Notes: generated from the letters alone by a model not told the origin. Shown: positions 16,493 through 26,245, numbered from the stretch's first letter. The stretch is 64,000 nucleotides of DNA from an uncultured Clostridia bacterium (GCA_944349375.1 CALVMV010000002.1:106899-170898), one strand, 5' to 3'. Numbers and translations are program-made.

Positions 16493-17221
16493 TTAATAAC
16501 TTTCTAGCAATTTGTTTGCCCTTAAGACATCGGCACCTGTCATAATTCCTAAAGGTAGCTGATTTCTTTCTCCAGATTTAGTAAACAAAATAGCTAACAA
16601 TTTATGATTTTTATTAAACTCATTTAAGCATTCTTCAATAGTATAATTAGCTGGAGCAACAAAATAATAATTACTATTTTCCAATTTAGAAAGCATATCT
16701 TCAATTTTAACACTAGACATAAAAGTATCAACTTTACCTCCAGTGATCATATATTGCCCCAAACTACTTAAAATTTTTTGACCGTTTGCAACCCCAACTA
16801 ACTCACTCCCTTTATATACAGGAAGATTTGAATAACCAGAACTAGCAATAGCTTTTATAACATCTCGCATACATTTGTCAGCAGAAATAGTTAAAACATC
16901 TCTTCTAGCGACCGTGTCCAGAGCTTTAGGAGGAGTAGTTAATAACTTTTCAATGTGTTCAATATTTTCAACAACAGAAATATGAGGTTCAGCAATAACG
17001 ATATCTTCATTGTTGTTATGGATAATTGCATTTCTCAACCTTCCATAGTCAATCAAATCATTTTCATACTTTCTTATTGTATAATTTAAAACGACAGATT
17101 TTCTAATAAGCTCAGAAAAACCCATAGCTCTATTAAAATCATATCGAGTTTTAATAAAATAATCAATATTATTAAATGCTTCTAAAAATCTTTGTGCATT
17201 ACTTTTAACAATTTTATCCAT
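16493..17221 (-). CDS. HEPN-like (Swt1-type R-x4-H motif) N-terminal domain fused to a CBS-pair domain
   Basis: The helical N-terminal ~95 aa end in GRLRNAIIH (R-N-x3-H). The C-terminal ~140 aa have two CBS-like units (VLTISADKCMRDVIKAI..., LPLGIMTGADVLR). Confidence 0.6.
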   Translation of the reverse strand: MDKIVKSNAQRFLEAFNNIDYFIKTRYDFNRAMGFSELIRKSVVLNYTIRKYENDLIDYGRLRNAIIHNNNEDIVIAEPHISVVENIEHIEKLLTTPPKALDTVARRDVLTISADKCMRDVIKAIASSGYSNLPVYKGSELVGVANGQKILSSLGQYMITGGKVDTFMSSVKIEDMLSKLENSNYYFVAPANYTIEECLNEFNKNHKLLAILFTKSGERNQLPLGIMTGADVLRANKLLESY

Positions 17222-17278
17222 AAAACCTCTTAAAAACTAATAAAATTATAACATAATAACAAAATTAAACAAAAGAAA

Positions 17279-17308
17279 AGTCAAAAAAAGTCAAAAAAAG
17301 TCAAAAAA
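17279..17308. repeat. three tandem 10-bp units AGTCAAAAAA (phased A-tracts / repeated TTGAC on the minus strand)
   Basis: Read directly from the sequence as aaagtcaaaaaaagtcaaaaaaagtcaaaaaaaatg. It lies between the divergent HEPN-CBS gene and the SRP RNA promoter. Confidence 0.9.
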
Positions 17309-17343
17309 AATGTTAAATATATTCTAAAAAGGTAAAAAAACAT

Positions 17344-17371
17344 TGAAAAAAAATAAAGAATATGATAGAAT
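17344..17371 (+). promoter_or_regulatory. sigma-A-type promoter of the SRP RNA
   Basis: TTGAAA, 16 nt, then TGaTAGAAT (extended -10). It ends about 7 nt before the predicted RNA 5' end. Confidence 0.55.
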
Positions 17372-17377
17372 GAGAAA

Positions 17378-17644
17378 GTCAAGCTAGATGGAGAGTTAGC
17401 GGTGCTCTGTAACCCACAATCCGCTATAGTGGGATTGAACGCTTGCCTCGGTTTTAACAAGTCAAAAATGTTTAATAATATTTTGTGGTGAAATTAAGGT
17501 CTTATGCAATCAAAATCTTCGAACCATGTCAGGTCCTGACGGAAGCATCATTAAGAGGACACTTTGATGTGCCATAAGGTAGCTTTGGTGGAGCAAGGTA
17601 TTATTGAGGCAGTTGGTTTGTTATTATCAAAGCAAGTGCTTGAC
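17378..17644 (+). ncRNA. ffs: signal recognition particle RNA, long Bacillus type (with Alu-like domain)
   Basis: The conserved domain IV sequence CCATGTCAGGTCCTGACGGAAGCATCATTAAG is present. The 5' segment GGAGAGTTAGCGGTGCTCTGTAACCCACAATCCGC parallels the B. subtilis scRNA as I recall it. The ends pair (GTCAAGC/GCTTGAC), and a promoter and terminator flank the gene. Confidence 0.85.
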
Positions 17645-17655
17645 ATGAAAATAAA

Positions 17656-17685
17656 AGCGAGGTTAACCCCTCGCTTATTTGATTT
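17656..17685 (+). terminator. Rho-independent terminator after the SRP RNA
   Basis: The stem AGCGAGG/CCTCGCT is followed by TATTTGATTT. Confidence 0.65.
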
Positions 17686-17926
17686 AATTTTGCATTTCGT
17701 TTTTTATTTTTTTTGCTTTTTGTTTAAGTTTTCGCATCGAAGTTTTTATTTTTTTCTCAGCTTGGTCCATTTTGTCTTCAGCTTTTTCTTCTAAATCTTT
17801 GGCAGATTTCATCATTTTCTTTTCACCCATATCAACACTTTTTTTAAAGTCTTGAGAATGTTTGTAAAGCATAACACCTACAACCATACCAGTTCCAAAT
17901 CCGAGAAGTGCCATAAATTCTTTCAT
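17684..17926 (-). CDS. small membrane-anchored coiled-coil protein (YtxH-like)
   Basis: Strong RBS GAGGAGGGA. An N-terminal hydrophobic helix LLGFGTGMVVGVML is followed by a K/E-rich helix. Confidence 0.45.
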   Translation of the reverse strand: MKEFMALLGFGTGMVVGVMLYKHSQDFKKSVDMGEKKMMKSAKDLEEKAEDKMDQAEKKIKTSMRKLKQKAKKIKNEMQN

Positions 17927-18010
17927 AATCCCTCCTCTCTATCATAGTTATCTGCAAAAACAAACTTTTTATACAATTTACATCAAAAAAATCGTCAATT
18001 TTCGACGATT

Positions 18011-18382
18011 TTATTTTTTTATATATTCTAAAGAATAATGGAAAAATTCTTCTCTTATTTTATCAATTTCATAAGAATACCCATACAATTTTTCGGCAAT
18101 ACTAAGAACTCTTTCTGCAAAACCATTCATCCAGCGTTCTTTTTCGTTGCTAATTTTTTTGTCATTAAAATATCTAAAAAGATTGTTTTTTAGTGTTTCT
18201 TTAATCTCTAGACTAGTTTTCCCTTCATTAAGCATTTCAATGATTTCAAGTGCAAACTCTATATCTACATATACAAACAGATCTTCATCATTTGAAGTAA
18301 TCAAATTAACTAAATAAGACATTTTGTCATTTGTAATTGATTTTTTTGCTCTTTTGAGCAAAATTCTTGTCATATCATCCAT
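18011..18382 (-). CDS. hypothetical protein (123 aa) downstream of nifU
   Basis: An ORF in an operon-like position 10 nt after the nifU stop. I recognise no motifs. Confidence 0.45.
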   Translation of the reverse strand: MDDMTRILLKRAKKSITNDKMSYLVNLITSNDEDLFVYVDIEFALEIIEMLNEGKTSLEIKETLKNNLFRYFNDKKISNEKERWMNGFAERVLSIAEKLYGYSYEIDKIREEFFHYSLEYIKK

Positions 18383-18391
18383 ATTTTCACT

Positions 18392-18766
18392 CTACTTAGA
18401 TTTTTTCTTATAGTAATTTTCGACTGCAAGTTTTATTGCATCTTCAGCAAGAACTGAACAATAAACTCTGTTATTTTCAAGTCCACCAAGTTCATCAAAG
18501 ATTTCTTTGCTAGAAACATCTAGTGCTTCATCAATTTGCAAACCACGAACTAAATCGCAAGCAACATCTGAACAAGCAATCGCTGCAGGACAGCCAAAAG
18601 TTTTGAATTTAGCTTCTTCGATAATGCCTTCTTCATCAACAAGTAAATAAATCTTAATTATATCCCCACAATTAGAATTACCAGCTTTGCCAACAGCATT
18701 AGCCCCACGCAAAGATCCAGCATTTTCAGGTTTTAAAAATTTTGACATTACAACTTTATTATACAT
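18392..18766 (-). CDS. nifU: Fe-S cluster assembly scaffold protein NifU/IscU
   Basis: Carries the conserved scaffold cysteines (NSNCGD, FGCPAAIA, CSV) and has the typical ~124 aa length. Confidence 0.9.
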   Translation of the reverse strand: MYNKVVMSKFLKPENAGSLRGANAVGKAGNSNCGDIIKIYLLVDEEGIIEEAKFKTFGCPAAIACSDVACDLVRGLQIDEALDVSSKEIFDELGGLENNRVYCSVLAEDAIKLAVENYYKKKSK

Positions 18767-18768
18767 AA

Positions 18769-19944
18769 TTATTTCCTCCCTGCTTTAGTAATTGCTGATA
18801 TAGATCTGAGTTTCGCGACATTTTTAGCGAGCATTTCTACAACATAATCAATATCACTCTTTGAAATGTTTTTACCAAACGAGAAACGAACAGCGCTTTG
18901 TGCAAGTTCATCGCTTAAGCCCATAGCTTTTAAAACATGAGAAGGCTCTAAGGCATTACTCATACAAGCAGAAGTAGTAGAAACAGCAATACCATCTAAA
19001 TCAAGTAACATCAAAAGAGATTCAGCTTCAGCCATTTCAAAAGTCATGTTTACAGTTCCGTTGATTTTTTGATAAGGGTGTCCATTAATTTGCACATAAT
19101 CAATTTTGCTATTAACACTTTTGATAAAATAATCTCTAATAGCCTTTAATTTTTGTTGATTAATAGAGATATCACGGCAAGCAATTTCTACAGCTTTGCC
19201 AAGCCCAGCGATTGCAGGAACATTTAAAGTTCCACCTCTTTTGCCTCTTTCTTGATTTCCACCATCAATAAGATTTTCAATCAACACACCATTTCTAACA
19301 TATAACGCACCAATTCCTTTTGGTCCATAAATTTTATGAGCTGACATGCTTAATGCATCAATTTCCATATCTTGAACATCAATTTTAAAAGCTCCAACAG
19401 CTTGGACAGCATCAGTATGAAAAATAATATTGTAATCATGAGCAGTTTTTGCAATAGCTTTAATATTTTGAATAGTTCCGACCTCATTATTAACAGCCAT
19501 GATTGAAATTAATGTTGTGTCTTTTCTGATAGCATGGATAACATCTGCCAAATTTACAAGACCTGTTTTATCTACAGGCAAATAAGTTACTTCAAATCCT
19601 TCTTTTTCGAGTTGTTTGCAACTGTCTAAAACAGCATGATGCTCAATTGCAGATGTGATTATATGCTTTCCTTTTGAAGCATAAGCATGAGCAATGCCTT
19701 TTATAGCCCAGTTATCAGCTTCTGTTCCGCCAGAAGTGAAATAAATTTCATTGGATTTTTGTGCATTGATAGCATGAGCTATTCTATCCCTAGCCCTATC
19801 AACAATTGAACTAGCATCTCTACCATAGCTATGTAAAGAGTTGCTATTACCATAAATAGCATTAAAGCAAGGTAACATTTCAGCTAAAACTTCTCCCGAA
19901 ACAAAAGTAGTAGCAGCATTATCTAAATAAACTTTTCTTCCCAT
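18769..19944 (-). CDS. nifS: cysteine desulfurase NifS
   Basis: VYLDNAATT start, the PLP-lysine motif SMSAHKIYGPKG and the active-site loop STTSACMS are present. I start at ATG 19944 (RBS AAGAGGTG), because a promoter lies inside the longer track ORF. Confidence 0.9.
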   Translation of the reverse strand: MGRKVYLDNAATTFVSGEVLAEMLPCFNAIYGNSNSLHSYGRDASSIVDRARDRIAHAINAQKSNEIYFTSGGTEADNWAIKGIAHAYASKGKHIITSAIEHHAVLDSCKQLEKEGFEVTYLPVDKTGLVNLADVIHAIRKDTTLISIMAVNNEVGTIQNIKAIAKTAHDYNIIFHTDAVQAVGAFKIDVQDMEIDALSMSAHKIYGPKGIGALYVRNGVLIENLIDGGNQERGKRGGTLNVPAIAGLGKAVEIACRDISINQQKLKAIRDYFIKSVNSKIDYVQINGHPYQKINGTVNMTFEMAEAESLLMLLDLDGIAVSTTSACMSNALEPSHVLKAMGLSDELAQSAVRFSFGKNISKSDIDYVVEMLAKNVAKLRSISAITKAGRK

Positions 19945-19966
19945 AAAACACCTCTTAAGTAATTTA

Positions 19967-19995
19967 ATTTTAACACTATTGCTAAATAAAGTCAA
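19967..19995 (-). promoter_or_regulatory. sigma-A-type promoter of nifS-nifU
   Basis: The minus strand reads TTGACT, 17 nt, then TGtTAAAAT. Confidence 0.5.
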
Positions 19996-20065
19996 TACCC
20001 AAAAAACATTCTTATAAAATTTTGTAATAAATAAATAAAATTTACATATCAATTTTGATATTAAA

Positions 20066-20096
20066 ATAAAAAAGCTATCATCTTTTGATAGCTTTT
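20066..20096 (-). terminator. Rho-independent terminator after trxA
   Basis: The stem AAGCTATCA/TGATAGCTT is flanked by A- and T-runs. Confidence 0.65.
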
Positions 20097-20105
20097 ATTT
20101 TACGA

Positions 20106-20414
20106 TTAAAGTGATTTTTTTATTAAATCAACACATTGATTTTTTTGCATAACCCCTACACTCTTTTGAACCATTTGACCATTTTTAAAAAGAATAAGAG
20201 TTGGTATTGACATCACCCCAAATCTTCTTGCTAAGTCTTGATTTTGGTCAACATCAATTTTAACAATTTTGGCCTTGCCTTCAATTTCTTTATCAACTTC
20301 TTCTAATATTGCCCCCATCATTCTGCATGGCCCACACCAAGTCGCAAAAAAATCTACAAGAACAACTCCTTCTTTTATTTCATTTTCAAAATCTTTTTGA
20401 TTAATAATTTTCAT
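20106..20414 (-). CDS. trxA: thioredoxin
   Basis: WCGPC active site, 102 aa. Confidence 0.93.
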   Translation of the reverse strand: MKIINQKDFENEIKEGVVLVDFFATWCGPCRMMGAILEEVDKEIEGKAKIVKIDVDQNQDLARRFGVMSIPTLILFKNGQMVQKSVGVMQKNQCVDLIKKSL

Positions 20415-21091
20415 ATTTCCTCCTTTATTATTTTATTTATAATGTATGCACATATTACTAACCCACACATAGCAGGATAGTAAGCAATACTTCCAACAAC
20501 ACCGCTTGTAACAATAGGTTTTGACACTGAACAAACAACTTCTAAATTTTGAATATTTCTTTCTCGAAGTTTCTTTCTCATCACTTTAGCAAGTCCATCA
20601 TCATGAGTTTTATAAATATCCATAACATTAAAACTTGGCAAATCTATTCTGTTTCCAGCACCCATAGCAGAAATAATATTAATATTATTTTCTTTGCAAT
20701 AACATATAAGTTCAATTTTATCTTGCACACTATCAATAGCATCAACAACAATATCAAAGTTTTTACTTATTAACTTGGAAAGATTATCTTTATTTATTCT
20801 TTCACAAATCGCCGAAACTTTTGCGTTAGGATTGATCGCTAAAATCATTTCTTTTAAAACATCAACTTTATTTTTACCTATGGTTGTTTGCCATGCAACA
20901 ACTTGTCTATTTATATTTGAGGAATCCACTTTGTCAAAATCAATAATTGTTAAATTTTCAATGCCACATCGAGCAAGCGTTATTGCCACTTGCCCTCCAA
21001 CTCCTCCAACACCTATTATTGCAATATTTTTGTTTGCAAATTTTTCTAAATTATCTTTTCCAACTAAAATTTCTGTTCTTGATTTATCCAT
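20411..21091 (-). CDS. tcdA: tRNA threonylcarbamoyladenosine dehydratase (ThiF/MoeB/HesA family)
   Basis: The Rossmann motif IGVGGVGG is followed by LTIIDFDKVDSSNINRQ, and the protein has the short TcdA-like length. Confidence 0.8.
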   Translation of the reverse strand: MDKSRTEILVGKDNLEKFANKNIAIIGVGGVGGQVAITLARCGIENLTIIDFDKVDSSNINRQVVAWQTTIGKNKVDVLKEMILAINPNAKVSAICERINKDNLSKLISKNFDIVVDAIDSVQDKIELICYCKENNINIISAMGAGNRIDLPSFNVMDIYKTHDDGLAKVMRKKLRERNIQNLEVVCSVSKPIVTSGVVGSIAYYPAMCGLVICAYIINKIIKEEI

Positions 21092-21100
21092 TCAAAATCC

Positions 21101-22396
21101 TTATAAAATATATTTCTTCAAATCAAATTTCTTTTTAGTTTCTTTAAAAGCATTTTGAACATATTTTCTATCAATTTTAACTTTTAAAAGAGGATGATCT
21201 CCAGAGGCATTAAATGAAATATCTTCAAGTAAACTTTCCATAATGGTATGAAGTCTTCTAGCCCCAATGTTTTCGCTAGTTTCATTTTCAGCAAAAGCCA
21301 TTTCAGCCATTTCATCGAGTGCATCTTCTGTAAATTCAAGGTCAATGTTATCTACCTTCAAAATGCTAGCATATTGTTTTGTAATAGAATTTTTAGGTTC
21401 AGAAAGAATTTTTTTGAAATCTTCTTTTGTCAAATTATCAAGGTCAACACGAATTGGGAATCGTCCTTGAAGTTCTGGGATCATATCTTCAATCTTAGAC
21501 ACATGGAACGCACCAGAAGCAATGAACAAAATAAAGTCTGTTTTAACATTTCCATATTTTGTTGCAACAGTGCTGCCTTCAACTATAGGCAAAATATCTC
21601 TTTGCACCCCTTCCCTAGAAACATCTTGATTGTTGCTTCCACCGGCTTTTCCGATAATTTTGTCTATTTCATCAATAAAAATGATTCCTTCTTCTTCTGT
21701 TCTTCTTATAGCTTCTGCATAAACATTTTCTTTGTCTATAATTTTGTCAGTTTCTTCTGCAGTCAAGATTTCACGAGCTCTAGAAACAGGCATATGCTTT
21801 TTCTTTCTTTTTTGAGGCAAAAGTCCATCAAACATAGAGCCAAGTGTAATTTCAGGACCACCAACAGCAATCATAGGTTTTTGTTCTTCTTTGACAACTA
21901 TTTCAATTTGTTCTTGTTCTAATTTTCCTTCTTCAAGAGCTTTTTGAACATCTGTTTTATCTACTTGAAGATTTTGGGCTCTACGAGTGTCACAAATTGC
22001 ATCTACAAGCCTAGCCTCCACCATTGGTCTAACCTTTGCTTCCATAATGTGTGTTTGTTCATCTTTAACAAGCCTAACAGCAACTTCTACCAAATCACGA
22101 ATCATGCTTTCGACATCACGACCAACATAACCCACTTCTGTATATTTTGTGGCTTCAATTTTAATAAAAGGAGCATTCACAAGTTTGGCAAGCCTGCGAG
22201 CAATCTCAGTTTTACCAACCCCAGTTGGACCTCTCATGATAATATTTTTAGGAGTAATTTCTTCTCTCATTTCTTTTGGCAACTTGCTTCTTCTATATCT
22301 ATTTCGCAGTGCAATGGCAACAGCTCTCTTAGCTTTAGGTTGTCCTACAATATATTTGTCAAGCTCTTCAACGACTTCTCTTGGTGTCAAATCCAT
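21101..22396 (-). CDS. hslU: ATP-dependent protease ATPase subunit HslU
   Basis: LTPREVVEELDKYIVGQ, Walker A GPTGVGKTE and Walker B IIFIDEIDK are present. The ATG at 22396 has a GGAGG RBS; the track start is further upstream. Confidence 0.95.
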   Translation of the reverse strand: MDLTPREVVEELDKYIVGQPKAKRAVAIALRNRYRRSKLPKEMREEITPKNIIMRGPTGVGKTEIARRLAKLVNAPFIKIEATKYTEVGYVGRDVESMIRDLVEVAVRLVKDEQTHIMEAKVRPMVEARLVDAICDTRRAQNLQVDKTDVQKALEEGKLEQEQIEIVVKEEQKPMIAVGGPEITLGSMFDGLLPQKRKKKHMPVSRAREILTAEETDKIIDKENVYAEAIRRTEEEGIIFIDEIDKIIGKAGGSNNQDVSREGVQRDILPIVEGSTVATKYGNVKTDFILFIASGAFHVSKIEDMIPELQGRFPIRVDLDNLTKEDFKKILSEPKNSITKQYASILKVDNIDLEFTEDALDEMAEMAFAENETSENIGARRLHTIMESLLEDISFNASGDHPLLKVKIDRKYVQNAFKETKKKFDLKKYIL

Positions 22397-22397
22397 T

Positions 22398-22937
22398 TTA
22401 AACCTCCTCAACTGTTATATGATCATTTGTAAATACGCAAATTTGCCCAGCGATTTCTAGTGCTTTTTTAGCTATTTCTTTTGCGGACATATCAGTATTT
22501 TGAATTAATGCTTTAGCTGCAGCAAGAGCATAATTACCACCAGAACCAATAGCACAAACATTGTCATCTGGTTCAATTACTTCTCCTGTTCCGCTGACAA
22601 TAAGCAAAGTATCCTTATTTGCAACAATCATCATTGCATTAAGTTGCCTAGAAACTTTGTCTTCTCTCCAAGTCCCAGCAAGCTCTACAGCACTTCTCAT
22701 CAAGTTTCCTGAAAATTTGTTAAGCATATTTTCAAATCTTTCACAAAGCGAAAAAGCATCAGCAACACTTCCTGCAAACCCTACAGCGACTTGATCGTTG
22801 TAAATTCTTCTAACCTTGTGAGCATTTGATTTAAAAATAACGCTTTCTGATAAAGTAACTTGACCATCACCAGCGATAGCGATTTTGCCATCTCTTTTTA
22901 CTCCACAAATTGTAGTCCCTCTAAATAAGCTTTCCAT
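22398..22937 (-). CDS. hslV: ATP-dependent protease subunit HslV
   Basis: The N-terminal [12 protein letters not shown] carries the catalytic Thr, and the GSGG motif is present. Confidence 0.95.
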   Translation of the reverse strand: MESLFRGTTICGVKRDGKIAIAGDGQVTLSESVIFKSNAHKVRRIYNDQVAVGFAGSVADAFSLCERFENMLNKFSGNLMRSAVELAGTWREDKVSRQLNAMMIVANKDTLLIVSGTGEVIEPDDNVCAIGSGGNYALAAAKALIQNTDMSAKEIAKKALEIAGQICVFTNDHITVEEV

Positions 22938-24174
22938 TTTTTAATTCCTCCTTGTATTTTTCTAAAAGCCTTTTTGACCTTTCTTTGAGAAAATTTTTCA
23001 TTTCTTCAACAGATTTAATGTTTTTATCTATACCTATTATATCATAATCAGCAAAAATCGGATTAAATTTTGAATAGTTAAAATTGTTAGTTTTTATAAT
23101 TTTTTGCATCATAGAGCCAATGCAAGTATCTTTTGGCAATTTTACAAACTCTTTATCATTTTTATAAGCCATAATATTGTTAGCCACATATAGCCCACAC
23201 GCAATACTCTCAGTTTTACCAAACACTCCAGCAATATTTCCTGCAAAAAACAAATTAGGCATTTTTTCGCTTTGGCAATATTGATTAATCATGTAAGGAG
23301 CATTAATATAACAATTTTGAGTAGCTTGCCCTTTTTGGATCAAAATAGCATTTCCTAGTCCTGGCAAGGAATGTATAATGGCAAGTTGTGATTCAATCGA
23401 TAAAGAAGAAGCAAAGCCATCAATACTAAAACAATCTCCAACTTTTTCAAGTTTCACAACAGCATAAGGTTTTTCACAATTATCAATATAAACAGGATTT
23501 AAATATTCATTTTTTAAACAATCTTTTTCTTTTAGAACCATTGATTCTATTGTGCCTTGTTCAACTTTTTCCCCTTTGGCAATTATTTCGCAGTTAAGTT
23601 TTAACACAATTAAATTAATTAAATCAATATATTGCTTATAGGATAAAGGTAAAAAATAATTTTCTCCTTTTTTGCATAACTTTGAAAAATCAATTTGCTT
23701 TATCAAAGGAAATACAGGAAAGCAATCAAAACATTTCCTTGCACCAAAAATTTCAATTAAGTGATTAAATAAATCTTTATCAGTTTGTGCCCCAGTGGCA
23801 ATAACAGTAATTTCATCGTAATTTATTTCTTTTACATTTAAATTAAAATATTGAATGTTTGGGTGATTAATAACTTTTTCTTTTGCTTTTTCAATTAAAA
23901 CTTTATCATTTATTCTTTCGCTATCACAAGAAATTTCTTTTTCTAGTTTAAGTATATTGCTATCTAAAATTGACAATTCTTCTCTTAATAATTCTTTAGC
24001 AAATGGCTTTTTATAAATAAAATCGTTGTAGTTTAGATTTGTAGATGAATTAGCTTCCGCTTTTTTATGGTCAAAGACATGAACTTTAACTCCACGATCA
24101 GCCAAAGAGAGTGCACATTCGCTCCCTGCATAACCACAACCAATAATATTTACAACACTGCTTTTAAATTTCAT
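22921..24174 (-). CDS. trmFO: FAD-dependent tRNA uridine-5 methyltransferase TrmFO-like (divergent)
   Basis: The FAD fold [15 protein letters not shown] is present. The position between topA and hslV matches Bacillus gid/trmFO. The ATG at 24174 has an AAGGAG RBS inside the topA 3' end. Confidence 0.7.
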   Translation of the reverse strand: MKFKSSVVNIIGCGYAGSECALSLADRGVKVHVFDHKKAEANSSTNLNYNDFIYKKPFAKELLREELSILDSNILKLEKEISCDSERINDKVLIEKAKEKVINHPNIQYFNLNVKEINYDEITVIATGAQTDKDLFNHLIEIFGARKCFDCFPVFPLIKQIDFSKLCKKGENYFLPLSYKQYIDLINLIVLKLNCEIIAKGEKVEQGTIESMVLKEKDCLKNEYLNPVYIDNCEKPYAVVKLEKVGDCFSIDGFASSLSIESQLAIIHSLPGLGNAILIQKGQATQNCYINAPYMINQYCQSEKMPNLFFAGNIAGVFGKTESIACGLYVANNIMAYKNDKEFVKLPKDTCIGSMMQKIIKTNNFNYSKFNPIFADYDIIGIDKNIKSVEEMKNFLKERSKRLLEKYKEELKNGKLI

Positions 24175-26245
24175 TATTCTCCTTGTAATCACATTCATGA
24201 TTACTACATTTTACTATTTTCCCTTTTTTAATCAATGGACTTTTACAATTAGGGCATTTTTTACCTGTTGTGATATCCCAACTCATAAATTTGCAATCTG
24301 GATATCTAGAGCAAGAATAAAAAATCTTACCTTTTTTGCTTTTTCGCTCTACCATTTCTGCCCCACATTCTGGACAAAGCCCTACTTTTTTAACCTCATT
24401 TTCTAAAGGTTTGGTATTTCTACACTTAGGGAAATTTGAGCAAGCTAAAAATTTACCAAATTTTCCTTCTCTTATAAGCATTTTGTGTCCACATTTATCA
24501 CAAACTATATCTGTTTCTTGTGGAGGCTCTTTCATAGTCAAAGCCGAAGCATCTGCTTTTTGCAACAATGAAGCAAATCCATTATAGAAACTAGAAACCA
24601 CACTGTGCCAATCTTCACCCTTAGAAGCAATATCATCTAATCTTTGTTCCATGTGTGCAGTAAATTTTACATTTATAACACCACTAAAGAACTTTTCAAG
24701 ATAAGCAGTAATTTTTCTCCCAAGCTCTGTCGGATAGAGATATTTGCCTTCTTTTTGAGTATATTTTCTAGAAGAAAGAATTGTAATGGTAGCAGCATAA
24801 GTAGCAGGACGACCAATCCCTTTTTCTTCCATGGCTTTAACTAAAGTGGCTTCTGTATATCTAGCAGGTGGTTTTGTAAATTTTTGTTCAGGTTTAATTT
24901 CTTTACAAGGCAACACTTCCCCTTCTTCTAACTTAGGCAGTTTACCATCAAAGCCCTCTTTTTTGTCTTCTTCGACATATTCTTTATAAACTCTGGTAAA
25001 ACCAGGAAATTCCATTGTTTTACCGTTTACTTTAAAGCCATATCCTTCACAATCAAAATTAACAGCAACATTTGCGTATTGTGCTTCAGTCATTTGACTA
25101 GCCAAAAATCTTTCGTAAATAAGTTTATATAATTTATAATTATCGGCAGATAAAGTTTCTTTTACCATTTCAGGTGTTATATCCATAGTAATAGGTCTAA
25201 TCGCTTCGTGCGCATCTTGTGCATTATCTTTAGTGTGATATATATTTGGTTTGTCAGGGACAAATTCTTTACCAAATTTATTTTCAATAAATTCTAGGCA
25301 AGCCTTTTGTGCATCTGTAGAAACACGAACGGAGTCTGTTCTTATGTAAGTGATAAGAGCTATTTTACCTTCTCCCTTAACTTCAACTCCTTCATAAAGT
25401 TGTTGAGCAGCTGAAGTTGTTCTAGTAAGTGTCATGCCAAGTTTATTTAAGGCGTCTTGTTGCATAGTAGAAGTTGTAAAAGGAGCTGGAGCATGTGATT
25501 TTGTCTTTGATTTTTTAATATTAGTTATAACAAAATCTTTACCAGAAATATCTGAAATTAATTTATCAACTTCTTCCTTGCTTTTTGGAACAAATTTTTT
25601 ACCTTTTTTAGTAGCAAGTGAAGATTTAATCAAATTTTCTCCCTTTTGCAATATGGCAAAAACATTCCAATATTCTTCAGGAACAAAAGCTTCGATTTCT
25701 CTTTCACGGTCCACGACAAGTTTAAGTGCTACTGATTGAACTCTTCCAGCGCTAAGTTTAGGAGCAATTTTTTTACATAAAACAGGTGATAACTTATAAC
25801 CAACGATTCTATCAAGAACGCGCCTAGCTTGTTGAGCATCAACCAAATTCAAATCAATTTTTCTAGGTTTTTCCAAAGCACTTGTTACAGCTTTTTTAGA
25901 GATTTCATTAAATTCTATACGGCATTTTTTTTCTGGATTGAACCCTAAAATATTAGCAACATGCCATGAAATAGCTTCTCCTTCTCTATCTGGGTCAGTT
26001 GCGATTAAAACTTCATCTGACTGACTAGCTTTCTTTTTTAATTCATCAATTAAGGCTTTTTTATCAGGCACAATCTCATACTTAGGCTCAAAATTATTTT
26101 TAATATCAATGGCAAAAGCTTTAGTAGGTAAATCACGGATATGGCCTTTAGTAGCAAAAACCTCATATCCATTGCCAAGATATTTTTTTAAAGCTTCTCT
26201 TTTAAAAGGTGATTCAATAACAACTAGTTTCAAAATTCCCTCCAT
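24164..26245 (-). CDS. topA: DNA topoisomerase I
   Basis: Toprim start LVVIESPFK, the active-site region, and C-terminal zinc ribbons (CDKCGHKM, CPECGAEM, CPNCKSP). An alternative TTG start at 26233 follows GGAGGG. Confidence 0.95.
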   Translation of the reverse strand: MEGILKLVVIESPFKREALKKYLGNGYEVFATKGHIRDLPTKAFAIDIKNNFEPKYEIVPDKKALIDELKKKASQSDEVLIATDPDREGEAISWHVANILGFNPEKKCRIEFNEISKKAVTSALEKPRKIDLNLVDAQQARRVLDRIVGYKLSPVLCKKIAPKLSAGRVQSVALKLVVDREREIEAFVPEEYWNVFAILQKGENLIKSSLATKKGKKFVPKSKEEVDKLISDISGKDFVITNIKKSKTKSHAPAPFTTSTMQQDALNKLGMTLTRTTSAAQQLYEGVEVKGEGKIALITYIRTDSVRVSTDAQKACLEFIENKFGKEFVPDKPNIYHTKDNAQDAHEAIRPITMDITPEMVKETLSADNYKLYKLIYERFLASQMTEAQYANVAVNFDCEGYGFKVNGKTMEFPGFTRVYKEYVEEDKKEGFDGKLPKLEEGEVLPCKEIKPEQKFTKPPARYTEATLVKAMEEKGIGRPATYAATITILSSRKYTQKEGKYLYPTELGRKITAYLEKFFSGVINVKFTAHMEQRLDDIASKGEDWHSVVSSFYNGFASLLQKADASALTMKEPPQETDIVCDKCGHKMLIREGKFGKFLACSNFPKCRNTKPLENEVKKVGLCPECGAEMVERKSKKGKIFYSCSRYPDCKFMSWDITTGKKCPNCKSPLIKKGKIVKCSNHECDYKENNEI

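Noticed and set aside
17564-17794. A 76-aa plus-strand ORF.
   Set aside because: It starts inside the SRP RNA, runs through its terminator and is antisense to the YtxH-like gene. The RNA gene and the minus-strand CDS explain the region better.
19945-20052. The N-terminal 36-codon extension of the NifS ORF in the track.
   Set aside because: A TTGACT-17-TAAAAT promoter and an AAGAGGTG RBS lie inside the extension. The extension sequence (MICKFYLFITKFY...) is unlike NifS, and homologues start at M-x-x-VYLDNAATT.
21248-21922. A 224-aa plus-strand ORF. Similar ORFs lie at 21267-21470, 21944-22432 and 22149-22460.
   Set aside because: All lie antisense to the strongly conserved hslU/hslV genes. 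Their products are F/S/N/I-rich low-complexity strings typical of the reverse frame of AT-rich genes. None has an RBS.
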